Made by a program: the position numbers and the translations under genes
Shown here: piece after piece, positions 49,974-58,329 of the stretch
Position numbering within the stretch: the stretch's first letter is position 1
How the letters are laid out: the number at the start of each line of letters is the position of its first letter
Source of the DNA: Candidatus Sericytochromatia bacterium
GTDB lineage: Bacteria; Cyanobacteriota; Sericytochromatia; S15B-MN24; UBA4093
Reading direction: 5' to 3'
DNA: 64,000 nucleotides
NCBI GenBank assembly: GCA_036676985.1
Contig: JAKFBU010000038.1
Coordinates: 64,001-128,000 of the forward strand
Notes under the pieces: model-generated
Told to the model about the DNA's origin: nothing
Databases searched by the model: none
What the model saw: only the letters and a program-made list of their open reading frames with translations

Positions 49974-50651
49974 ATGCCGAAGCTTCGCTACCTGCCCCTG
50001 GTCGCCATTTTGGCGGCGACCTGCATGGCTCCCGCTGCCTGGGCCGTCGACACCCCCAAGGCCGAGATCGAGGCGCTGCAGCGCCGGGTGGATGCCGAAC
50101 CCGCCAATCCGGACGCGCACTTCGACCTGGCCATGGGCCTCGGCCGCACCGTGAAGCTGGAGTCCGGCTACACCGCCCTCAAGAAGGTCCACGACCTCGA
50201 CCCGACCTACGCCGACAAGGTCATCGCGCGCTACAAGCCGATGGTCGAAGAGAACAAGCTAAACATCGAGGCGCAGTTCCGACTCGCCTTCGGGTACTTC
50301 TTCAAGGGCTACGGCTTCCAGCTGGACGCGGACGCCGCCAAGGGCGACCCCGCCAAGGTCGACGCCCTGCGGGCGGAGTCGGCCAAGTACAAGGGCATGG
50401 CCCGCACCTCGTTCGAGAGCATCCTCGAGGTCGATCCCAAGTACGTGTGGGGCTACAACTATCTGGGCTTCCTGTTCGGTGAGGCCAACAACCTCGACCA
50501 GGCGCTGACGGTCCTCAAGAAGGGCCTCGAGGTCGAAGACAATGCCGTCGGGCACTTCCTGATCGGCCAGATCTACATCAAGCAGGGCAACATGGCCGGC
50601 GGCGTGGCCGAAATCTCAACGGCGATGCGGATGCGCGGCCTGAATCCCTAG
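49974..50651 (+). CDS. Secreted TPR-repeat protein
   Basis: Signal peptide ending AWA; TPR-like helices (AHFDLA, GYNYLG, GHFLIG); AAAGGA RBS. Confidence 0.78.
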   Translation: MPKLRYLPLVAILAATCMAPAAWAVDTPKAEIEALQRRVDAEPANPDAHFDLAMGLGRTVKLESGYTALKKVHDLDPTYADKVIARYKPMVEENKLNIEAQFRLAFGYFFKGYGFQLDADAAKGDPAKVDALRAESAKYKGMARTSFESILEVDPKYVWGYNYLGFLFGEANNLDQALTVLKKGLEVEDNAVGHFLIGQIYIKQGNMAGGVAEISTAMRMRGLNP

Positions 50652-50694
50652 GGCAGGTTCGGGCCAGCAGGTCGTTCTCACTGCCAAGCGCTCG

Positions 50695-50722
50695 CGGACC
50701 CCGGTTTAGTGACCGGGGTCCG
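50695..50722 (+). terminator. Probable terminator
   Basis: gcggaccccggt-ttagtg-accggggtccgt followed by cttgt. Confidence 0.55.
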
Positions 50723-50854
50723 TCTTGTCACGTTTGCGTGAGGCTCCTTGAAACCTCATACGGGACGCTATATCCTTCTTAATGCTTTTCATCGCCGGAC
50801 CGTTTGCCGGAAATAGGGTGCTGCACGTTGGACCAGCTCAGACCGCCACGGGAA

Positions 50855-53479
50855 ATGACCCCCACGCGCTGGCTCAAGCGATTTGGGCCGGTCGTCATGA
50901 CGCTGCTCCTGGGCACCACCGTCACGCTGGGCATCTACTCGGTGGTCGAGCACCACCAGACCGAGAGCCGCGCGCAGCGCTTCCATCAGCAGGCCGAAAA
51001 CGTGGCGGCCGCCGTCCGCGAAAAGCTGGCCGTCAACACCGAGATCCTCTACTCGGTGAGCGACTTCTTCGCTGCGTCGAGCGACGTCACCCGTCGGGAC
51101 TTTCACGTCTTCACCAAGGGCCAGCTTTCTCGCCAGTCGGGCATCCAGGCCATCGAATGGGTGCCTCGCGTGCTCGCGGCCGATCGAGCCCGCTTCGAGG
51201 CGGCGGCCCGCCAGTCGGGGCTCGTGGGCTTCCGCTTCACCGAAAGCGATGCCCGGGGGAACATGGTGCCGGCCCCGCCCCGCGCGGAGTACTATCCCGT
51301 CTACTACATCGAACCGATGGCGGGCAACGAACGTGCCCTCGGCTTCGCTCCCGCCATGGCGGAGCGCGACGCCGCCATCGAGCAGGCCGTTTCGAGCGGT
51401 CAGGCGGTCGTCACGGGGCGCTTTCGGCTCATCCAGGAGCCGGGTCGCCAATACGGCCTCGCCATCTTCGTGCCCGTCTACCGGACCGCGGCGGTGCCCG
51501 CGACCGCCGAGGCGCGTCGGGCGGCCCTCGTGGGCCTGGTCGAGGGCGTCTTCCGGCTGAACGACATGATGCAGGCGGCGGTCGAGGGACTCGACCTGTC
51601 CGGCCTGAGCGTCACGCTCCTCGACCGGAGCGCCCCCGAGGACGCCCAGCTGCTCGCCAGCAGCACCGGCCCCGACGGCCCATCGGAGTCACGGGACGGT
51701 CTCGAGTGGGAGCAGGCCTTCTCGATGGGGGGGCGCGACTGGCTGATCAACTGCCAGAGCACGGACCCGGTGACCGATCCGCTGGCCGCGCCGTGGCTCT
51801 TTCTGCTCGGGGGCTTCGTCTGGACGGGCCTCGCGGCGGCCTACCAGTACAACCTCATGGACCGCAGGGCCCAAATCGAGCAGCAGGTCGAACTCCGGAC
51901 GGCCGAGCTCTCTCATGCCACCCAGGAGCTGCGGCGCAGCGAGTCCACCCTGAGCGCCATCATCACCCACGCCACGGACGCCATCTTCATCAAGGACCTG
52001 GCGGGCCGCTACCTGCTGGTCAATCCCGAGGTCGTCCGGCTCCTGGAGCGTCCGATGGACGCGATCATCGGGGCGACGGACGACGACCTGTTCCCGCCGG
52101 AGATCGCCGCGTTCAACCGCGAGAAGGACCAGCACGTCCTCGAGCAGGGTCAGGCGCAAACCCATCTCGAAACCATCTGGACTCCCGGGGACGGGCGGCG
52201 CGATTACCTCACGACCAAGTTCCCCTACCTGTCGGCCACCGGCGAGACGATCGGCATCATCGGCATGGCCCGCGACATCACTCCGCTGCAGCAGGCCGAG
52301 ACCGCCCTGCGCGAGGAACGGGACCGGGCGCAGCGTTACCTGGACGTCGCCGGGGCCATGATCGTCCTCATCGACCCCAAAGGTCGGCTGGCGCTCGCCA
52401 ACCGCATGGCCGGCGAGATCCTGGGCCGGGACCCGGCCGAGCTGGTCGGGATGGACTGGTTCGCGTCGGTCCTGCCCGACCGTGAGCGCGAGGCGACCCG
52501 CGCGGAGTTTGCCAGGCTGCTGGCGCGCGACGCGGAGACCATCAGCCGGGCGGAGCACCCGATCCGGACGCTGTCCGGCGAGGAGCGGCGCATCGTGTGG
52601 CACAACGTGACGCTCCACGACCCGCAGGGCCGACTCGTCGGGCTCCTGTGCTCGGGCACGGACGTGACGGACTACAAGCACGCCATCGAAGAGGTGGCGC
52701 ACCGCGAGGCGGAGCTTGCCCAGGCGCGGGAGATCGACCGCCTCAAGAGCAACTTCGTCAGCTCCATCTCGCACGACCTGCGCACGCCGCTCACGAGCAT
52801 CAAGGGCTACGCCGAGTTCCTGGAGGACGGCATCGGAGGGGAACTGTCCGACGAGCAGCGGGAGTTCGTCGCGCAGATCGAGCGTGGTGCCCGGCGCCTC
52901 GAGAACCTGGTGGACGACCTCCTGGACTTCGCGCGCTTCGACGCGGGGACCTTCACGCTGCGTTGCGAGCCCACGGACCTCGGCTCCATGCTGAGCGAGG
53001 TGGCCCAGAGCATGCAGCCGCAATGCGAGGAGAACCGCCTCCAGCTGAAGGTGAGCCTGCCGCCCGAGCCGCTCGTGGGCTCCTTCGACCAGAAGCGCAT
53101 CGAACGCGTGCTGGCCAACCTGGTTTCCAACGCCGTCAAGTTCACGCCGGCCGGCGGGTCGATCTGCCTCGAGGCCGAGCGAGTGGGCCAAGAGCTCCGC
53201 TGCGCGGTCATCGACTCGGGCCCCGGCATCGAGCCCGACGATCAGCCCAGGCTCTTCCAGCGCTTCAGTCAGCTGGCCACGGGCCTGCACAAGGGCGGCA
53301 CCGGCCTCGGGCTCTCCATCAGCAAGTCGATCATCGAGGCCCATGGGGGGCAGATCGGCGTGTCGAGCCGCCCGGGCGAAGGCGCCACCTTCTGGTTCAC
53401 CTTGCCCGCCGAGCCATCGCCCCTAGTGGGCGTGGAAGAGACGCAGGACGCCCCAGACCACACCCACGCCGGCCAGTAG
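50855..53479 (+). CDS. CHASE-PAS-PAS sensor histidine kinase
   Basis: CHASE (YIEPMAGNERALG), two PAS domains (IFIKD..GRY; WHN..LHD..G), SHDLRTPL, NAVKFT, GGTGLGL. Confidence 0.92.
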   Translation: MTPTRWLKRFGPVVMTLLLGTTVTLGIYSVVEHHQTESRAQRFHQQAENVAAAVREKLAVNTEILYSVSDFFAASSDVTRRDFHVFTKGQLSRQSGIQAIEWVPRVLAADRARFEAAARQSGLVGFRFTESDARGNMVPAPPRAEYYPVYYIEPMAGNERALGFAPAMAERDAAIEQAVSSGQAVVTGRFRLIQEPGRQYGLAIFVPVYRTAAVPATAEARRAALVGLVEGVFRLNDMMQAAVEGLDLSGLSVTLLDRSAPEDAQLLASSTGPDGPSESRDGLEWEQAFSMGGRDWLINCQSTDPVTDPLAAPWLFLLGGFVWTGLAAAYQYNLMDRRAQIEQQVELRTAELSHATQELRRSESTLSAIITHATDAIFIKDLAGRYLLVNPEVVRLLERPMDAIIGATDDDLFPPEIAAFNREKDQHVLEQGQAQTHLETIWTPGDGRRDYLTTKFPYLSATGETIGIIGMARDITPLQQAETALREERDRAQRYLDVAGAMIVLIDPKGRLALANRMAGEILGRDPAELVGMDWFASVLPDREREATRAEFARLLARDAETISRAEHPIRTLSGEERRIVWHNVTLHDPQGRLVGLLCSGTDVTDYKHAIEEVAHREAELAQAREIDRLKSNFVSSISHDLRTPLTSIKGYAEFLEDGIGGELSDEQREFVAQIERGARRLENLVDDLLDFARFDAGTFTLRCEPTDLGSMLSEVAQSMQPQCEENRLQLKVSLPPEPLVGSFDQKRIERVLANLVSNAVKFTPAGGSICLEAERVGQELRCAVIDSGPGIEPDDQPRLFQRFSQLATGLHKGGTGLGLSISKSIIEAHGGQIGVSSRPGEGATFWFTLPAEPSPLVGVEETQDAPDHTHAGQ

Positions 53480-54160
53480 GAGCACCCCCGTCAGGGCATG
53501 CTTGGCGGCATGCGTCTCGGGGATGAGGTCGCTCGCGGCCACGTAGAGGAAGCTCCCCGAGGCCACGGCCAGCAAGAGGCCCACGGTCTGCTCGGTCATG
53601 CCGCGCAGGACAAGGGAGGTCGCCACCGCACCCACCGGGGTCGCGAGCGCGACCAGGCCCGCGTGGCCGAAGGCCTTGCGCTTGGAGTAGCCCGCATGCA
53701 GCAAGATGGAGGTGATGGCGATGCCCGAGGGCACCTGGTGCGCCAGGAGGCCGAGCGTGGTCACGAGCCCCAGGGTGTGGCTCACCTCGAAGCCCACGCC
53801 GATGATGATGCCGTCGATGAGGGAGTGGAAGGCCATGCCGATGAAGGCCACCAGCCCGATGGGGTGATGATGGCCGACGTGGTGGTGGCTGTGGTAGTGG
53901 AGCAGGTTCTCGAGGAAGTAGAACGCGATGAAGCTCGCGAGCACCCACGGGAAGATGTTGAGGCCTTCCGCCATGTGGTGGGCCTCGGGCAGGAGGTCGA
54001 AGAAGGCCACGCCCAGGAGCGTGCCTGCTGCGAAGCTGATGGCCAGGGGCAAGAACTGCTTGACCCAGGCCTCCCCCTTGACGATGAGCAGGGCCCCCAC
54101 CATGAGGCCGATGGCGGCAAGGGTGCTGTAAAGCGAGGCGTCACGCAGAACTTGGGGCAT
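53423..54160 (-). CDS. ZIP-family metal (zinc) transporter
   Basis: DLLPEA, His-rich loop HYHSHHH, HSLIDG, HQVPSG, DLIPE. Confidence 0.88.
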   Translation of the reverse strand: MPQVLRDASLYSTLAAIGLMVGALLIVKGEAWVKQFLPLAISFAAGTLLGVAFFDLLPEAHHMAEGLNIFPWVLASFIAFYFLENLLHYHSHHHVGHHHPIGLVAFIGMAFHSLIDGIIIGVGFEVSHTLGLVTTLGLLAHQVPSGIAITSILLHAGYSKRKAFGHAGLVALATPVGAVATSLVLRGMTEQTVGLLLAVASGSFLYVAASDLIPETHAAKHALTGVLLLAGVGVVWGVLRLFHAH

Positions 54161-54186
54161 GAGGTCGGTTTCTTTCTAAGGCATAG

Positions 54187-54215
54187 TTGTCTAGAGCGGC
54201 GAATCGTGGTATCTT
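54187..54215 (+). promoter_or_regulatory. Sigma70 promoter for tRNA-Pro
   Basis: TTGTCT-17 nt-TATCTT with extended TG. Confidence 0.55.
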
Positions 54216-54225
54216 AACATTCATT

Positions 54226-54299
54226 CGGGACGTAGCGCAGCTTGGTAGCGCACCTCGTTCGGGACGAGGGGGCCGCAGGTTCGAATCCTGTCGTCCCGA
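54226..54299 (+). tRNA. tRNA-Pro (anticodon CGG), CCA not encoded
   Basis: Acceptor stem CGGGACG/CGTCCCG, D-arm GCGC, anticodon arm CCTCG-TTCGGGA-CGAGG, T-loop TTCGAAT. Confidence 0.97.
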
Positions 54300-54311
54300 C
54301 TTTTCAACTCT

Positions 54312-54334
54312 GGGGGGCTTCGGCCCCCCTTTTT
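54312..54334 (+). terminator. Intrinsic terminator after the tRNA
   Basis: ggggggc-ttcg-gcccccc followed by a T-run. Confidence 0.85.
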
Positions 54335-54347
54335 CGGGAGTGTACCG

Positions 54348-54491
54348 GTGAAGCTCGCGCTGGCCTTTGCTTGTCTGATGCTCATCTGGCTGGGCCTGTT
54401 CGACCTGGCTCCCTACCGCTTCCGTCGCGAGGGCCGCATCCAGCCCATGCGCCGGCGCACGGCCCCGACCCGCAAGGTCGCCCGCCGCTAG
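54348..54491 (+). CDS. Putative 47-aa small membrane protein
   Basis: GGGAG RBS, GTG start, MKLALAFACLMLIWLGLFDL followed by an Arg-rich tail. Confidence 0.45.
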   Translation: MKLALAFACLMLIWLGLFDLAPYRFRREGRIQPMRRRTAPTRKVARR

Positions 54492-54498
54492 ACCTTCC

Positions 54499-55071
54499 AT
54501 GCCGAAACCTACCGACTTTCCCTATCGCCTGGAGAGCGATCGCCTCGTCTTGCGCTGCTACGAGCCGGGTGACGAGGTCGCCCTGGTCGAGGCCATCTCC
54601 GAGAGCCTCGACTCCCTGCGGCCGTGGATGCCGTGGGCCCAGGCCGAGCCCACCCTCGAGCAGTTCCGGGCCTGGGTGCGCCGGTCGCGCGGCGACTACG
54701 ACCTGATGACCAACTTCAACCTGGCCATGATCGACCGTGCATCGGGCCGCTTTCTGGGCTCGTCGGGCCTGCACCGCTTCGACTGGGAGGCGGGCCGCTT
54801 CGAGATCGGCTACTGGCTGCGCGACTCGGCGGTGGGACAGGGCTACGTGACGGAGGCGGCCCGGCGGCTCACCCGGTTCTGCTTCGAGGACCTCGCGGCC
54901 TACCGGGTCGAGATCCGGGCCGAGGCCGACAACACCCGGAGCCGCGCGGTGGCCGAGCGCCTCGGCTACGTGCTCGAGGGCATCCTGCGGGCCCAGTCCG
55001 TCTGGGGTGGCCGGGCGCGCGACATGGCCCTCTACTCCTTGATCCGGTCCGACGAGGCCGGACGCGCCTAG
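54499..55071 (+). CDS. GNAT acetyltransferase, RimJ/RimL family
   Basis: LRPWMPWA, EIGYWL, GQGYVTEA, NTRSRAVAERLGY. Confidence 0.9.
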   Translation: MPKPTDFPYRLESDRLVLRCYEPGDEVALVEAISESLDSLRPWMPWAQAEPTLEQFRAWVRRSRGDYDLMTNFNLAMIDRASGRFLGSSGLHRFDWEAGRFEIGYWLRDSAVGQGYVTEAARRLTRFCFEDLAAYRVEIRAEADNTRSRAVAERLGYVLEGILRAQSVWGGRARDMALYSLIRSDEAGRA

Positions 55072-55487
55072 TCCTTCGGGGCCCCCTTCTCGATCCACTG
55101 CGTCACCGCCGTGATGTCGGCATCCGTGAGGCGGCCGCCCAGAGGCATGCGGGAGCCGTAGGCGGGAGTGGTGATCGGGTGCAGCTTGGTCAAGAGGAAA
55201 CTCTTGCTCGGGTTGCCGGCCGTGACGCGCAGGAGCCCATCCGCACGGGCCTGCTCGTTGTCGGGCGCGACGCCGACCAGGGCCGCATGGGCCTTGTCCG
55301 CCGTGAGGCTCAGGTTGGCGGCGGGCGAAGCGCCCCCGTGGCAGCCCGACGTCGAGCAGCCGACAAAGACGTTCTGGGACAGCGACGTGTAGGTGGGTTG
55401 CACGCCCGTCTGCGGCGTGGTGCTGGCAGGGCAGCCGCCCAGGACGGCGGCCAGGAGAACGGGCAAGAGGGCCAGGGCGCGTTGCAT
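55068..55487 (-). CDS. Lipoprotein monoheme cytochrome c (CX4CH)
   Basis: Lipobox LGGC, CSTSGCH, GNPSKSFL, RMP, WIEKGA. Confidence 0.72.
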   Translation of the reverse strand: MQRALALLPVLLAAVLGGCPASTTPQTGVQPTYTSLSQNVFVGCSTSGCHGGASPAANLSLTADKAHAALVGVAPDNEQARADGLLRVTAGNPSKSFLLTKLHPITTPAYGSRMPLGGRLTDADITAVTQWIEKGAPKD

Positions 55488-55623
55488 GGTCGTACCGCTC
55501 CTTAGTTGAATGCTTGCTTGATTGTACCCGATGCTCGAAAGGCCTCCGCGAATCCTGGCCAACCCGGCGATGCCCGCGCCGCACGGGGCCCGTCATGATG
55601 GGTGGGTCGAGAGGGAGGATCAG

Positions 55624-56307
55624 ATGAACAGGGCACTCAAGGGTGTTTTGTGGACGCTCGGGGCCTATGCGGGCCTGCAGCTGGCAGCGCGAATCATCCG
55701 CCGCCGCTGGCCGGAGGCGATGCCCGCCTCCTTGGCCTGGCTGCGCGCGCGCCCCATCGGCATGCAGCTCGCGGACGTGCCCGCGATCATGCATGCGCTC
55801 GAGCTCGAGCGGGGGCAGCATGTCCTCGAGATGGGAGCGGGCCTTGCGCCCCTCACAGGGGCGATCGCCGAGGCGATCCACGCGGACGGCCGGATCGTGG
55901 CCATCGACGCCGAGCCCGAGATGCTCCGGCGGCTGGCCGAGCAGGTGGGAGACCTCTCCAACCTCACGACCCAGGCGGCCGACCCACGCCGCCTGCCGTG
56001 CCCGGACGGCGGGTTCGACCGGGTCCTGATGGGCTCCGGGCTCGGCACGATCCCCCAGCCGGACAGGGTGATCCACGAGGCCTTCCGGGTCCTGAAGCCC
56101 CACGGCCGCCTGGTGGTGGCGGAGGACGCCCTCGATCTGGATTTCCTTCCCGAGCGCTCGGTGGTGGACATGGCGCTCCGCGCGGGCTTCGTGCTCTGCA
56201 CCCGCCAGGGCGGGGCATGGCGCTACGTGCTCGTGTTCGAGCGGCCCGCGGCTCCCAACTTCCTGCATGCGCCGCACGAGGAGCACCGGATCGAGACCTA
56301 CGGTTAG
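55624..56307 (+). CDS. Class I SAM-dependent methyltransferase
   Basis: VLEMGAG, AIDAEPEML, FDRV, RVLKPHG. Confidence 0.8.
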   Translation: MNRALKGVLWTLGAYAGLQLAARIIRRRWPEAMPASLAWLRARPIGMQLADVPAIMHALELERGQHVLEMGAGLAPLTGAIAEAIHADGRIVAIDAEPEMLRRLAEQVGDLSNLTTQAADPRRLPCPDGGFDRVLMGSGLGTIPQPDRVIHEAFRVLKPHGRLVVAEDALDLDFLPERSVVDMALRAGFVLCTRQGGAWRYVLVFERPAAPNFLHAPHEEHRIETYG

Positions 56308-57477
56308 GTGTACAATGGTGGCGTGCTGTACTTAGACTATGCCGCCACCACGCCTGTCCGCCCCGAGGCCATCCAGGCCATGCAAGCGGCCCTCGAACAC
56401 GCCTGGGGCAACCCCAGCAGCGCCCACGGCCCGGGCCAGGCGGCGCGCGACGCCTTGGAGCTGGCCCGCGCCCAGGTCGCTGGGCTGGTAGGCGCTGCCC
56501 CCGAGGAGGTCCTCTTCACGTCGGGCGGCACCGAGGCCAACAACCTCGCCCTACGCGGGGTCATGCGAGCCATGCGGGGGCGGGGCCGCCACATGATCAC
56601 GACGGCCATCGAGCACTCGGCGGTGCTGGCAACCGCGCGCGACCTCGCCCAGTCCGGCTACGAGCTGACGGTGGTCGGCGTGGGCCCCTCGGGGGTGGTC
56701 GATCCCGAGGACGTCCGCCGGGCCCTGCGGCCGGACACGGTGCTCGTGAGCGTCATGCACGCCAACAACGAGATCGGCACCCTGCAGCCCCTCGCGGAGA
56801 TCGGGCACCTGGTCCGGGAGCACGGCGCTTACTTCCACAGCGACGCGGTCCAGACCGCGGGCAAGCTGCCTTTGAGCTTCCGGGACCTGCCGGTGGACCT
56901 GCTCTCTTTGGCCTCGCACAAGATCTATGGCCCCAAGGGGGTGGGGGCCCTGGTGGTCGCCGCCGACGTGCCCATGCATGCGGTCCTGACGGGCGGCTCG
57001 CACGAGCGCGGGCTCCGGGCGGGCACCGAGAACGTGCCCGGCATCGTCGGCTTCGGGGCGGCCTGCGCATGGGCCGCCCGCGAGCTCGATACCGAAGCGG
57101 CGCGCCTGGCAGCGCTCGGCCGCCGTCTGCGCGAGGGCCTGCTCGCGGCCATCCCGGGGGCTCGCCTCAACGGCGATCCGGAGCGGCGCGTGCCGACCAA
57201 CGTGAACCTGACGATCCCGGGGGTCGTGGGTTCCGACCTGCTCTCGAGCCTGGACCGCGCGGGCATCGCCGCGAGCGCGGGGTCTGCCTGCCGCGCCCAG
57301 AGCAAGGCCCCCTCGCACGTGCTCGAGGCCATCGGGGCCACCGCGGAGGCCGCGGCGGGCTCCCTGCGCCTGACCGTCGGGCGCTCGACCACCGCCGAGT
57401 CGGTCGAGGAGGCGATCGCCGGCATCGCGGCCGTCGCCACGCAACTGCAAGGGGAGCGTGAAGTTCGTCAAGCTTGA
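56308..57477 (+). CDS. iscS: Cysteine desulfurase (IscS/NifS family)
   Basis: YLDYAATTP, FTSGGTEANN, HANNEIG, SHKIYGPKG, SAGSAC. The start may be the GTG at 56323. Confidence 0.9.
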   Translation: MYNGGVLYLDYAATTPVRPEAIQAMQAALEHAWGNPSSAHGPGQAARDALELARAQVAGLVGAAPEEVLFTSGGTEANNLALRGVMRAMRGRGRHMITTAIEHSAVLATARDLAQSGYELTVVGVGPSGVVDPEDVRRALRPDTVLVSVMHANNEIGTLQPLAEIGHLVREHGAYFHSDAVQTAGKLPLSFRDLPVDLLSLASHKIYGPKGVGALVVAADVPMHAVLTGGSHERGLRAGTENVPGIVGFGAACAWAARELDTEAARLAALGRRLREGLLAAIPGARLNGDPERRVPTNVNLTIPGVVGSDLLSSLDRAGIAASAGSACRAQSKAPSHVLEAIGATAEAAAGSLRLTVGRSTTAESVEEAIAGIAAVATQLQGEREVRQA

Positions 57478-57489
57478 GCGTCCATCAGC

Positions 57490-57518
57490 TTTACAGTCGC
57501 CCCCTGCCTGCCTATAAT
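57490..57518 (+). promoter_or_regulatory. Sigma70 promoter for the YtxH pair
   Basis: TTTACA-17 nt-TATAAT. Confidence 0.7.
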
Positions 57519-57593
57519 CACGGTTGAGGCGATCGGCCCATGGCCGCAACGCTCGCCCGCTTCTCCAAGGGATTGTGATCGAGGAGGATCTCA

Positions 57594-57929
57594 ATGGAAC
57601 GCAGATCGGCATCGGGACTGGAAGTGCTCGGCGGCCTGTTGATCGGAGCCCTGGGCGGATTCGCGCTCGGCATGCTGCTCGCGCCGCAGTCCGGCCGCAA
57701 CACCCGCTCGCAGCTGGGTGAGAATCTCGGCGACATGGGCTTGCGCGCCAGCGAGCTCGCCGAGAACGTACGCGGCAACACCGAGAGCCTCCTCAACACC
57801 ACCCGCACCACCATCGAAGAGAAGCTCGCCCTCCTGAACGAGGCCGTCGAGGCGGGCCGCAAGGCCGCCGCCTACAAGCGCGAAGAGCTCATCGAGGGCG
57901 AAGGCAACCTGGGCAGCCCGGAGGCATAG
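57594..57929 (+). CDS. YtxH-domain protein
   Basis: Gly-rich TM helix followed by LLAPQSGRNTR. Confidence 0.85.
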   Translation: MERRSASGLEVLGGLLIGALGGFALGMLLAPQSGRNTRSQLGENLGDMGLRASELAENVRGNTESLLNTTRTTIEEKLALLNEAVEAGRKAAAYKREELIEGEGNLGSPEA

Positions 57930-57937
57930 GAGGCACC

Positions 57938-58207
57938 ATGAGCGCGAAGCGCAACCTGACATTCTACGCCACGGCCCTCATCGGCACGGCGCTCGGCACG
58001 GCGGCGGGCATCCTCTTGGCCCCCAAGAGTGGCGAGGCCACCCGCAAGGACATCAAGCGCATGGCCGGCGAGCTCAGCGAGCAGTTCCCGTCGGTTCAGG
58101 ACATCAAGCTCAAGGGCCGCCAGGCCCTCAAGAAGGCGCCGACCATCCTGTCGCGGGCCAAGCGTCCTTCCAACGTGATCCAGCTCTACCGCGAAAAGGA
58201 ACAGTAA
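57938..58207 (+). CDS. YtxH-domain protein
   Basis: TM helix followed by LLAPKSGEATR; AGGAGG RBS. Confidence 0.82.
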   Translation: MSAKRNLTFYATALIGTALGTAAGILLAPKSGEATRKDIKRMAGELSEQFPSVQDIKLKGRQALKKAPTILSRAKRPSNVIQLYREKEQ

Positions 58208-58236
58208 AGCGCCTGAAGAGGCGGTTTTGTCCAGCC

Positions 58237-58268
58237 GCCGCCCCGGGGATCGCCCCGGGGCGGCTTTT
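58237..58268 (+). terminator. Intrinsic terminator
   Basis: gccgccccgggg-atcg-ccccggggcggc followed by tttt. Confidence 0.75.
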
Positions 58269-58329
58269 CCATTCATGAGGTAAAATGGGGCGTTGCTTGC
58301 CATGCCCCCTACGAGAGAGGAACCACGTC

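Noticed and set aside
53423-53479. Tail-to-tail gene overlaps (also 35423-35463 and 27903-27922)
   Set aside because: Short convergent overlaps are common in high-GC genomes, and the overlapping tails carry no evident function.
54226-55071. tRNA-Pro as an integration site for an island
   Set aside because: No integrase, no duplicated tRNA 3' end and no compositional shift were seen.
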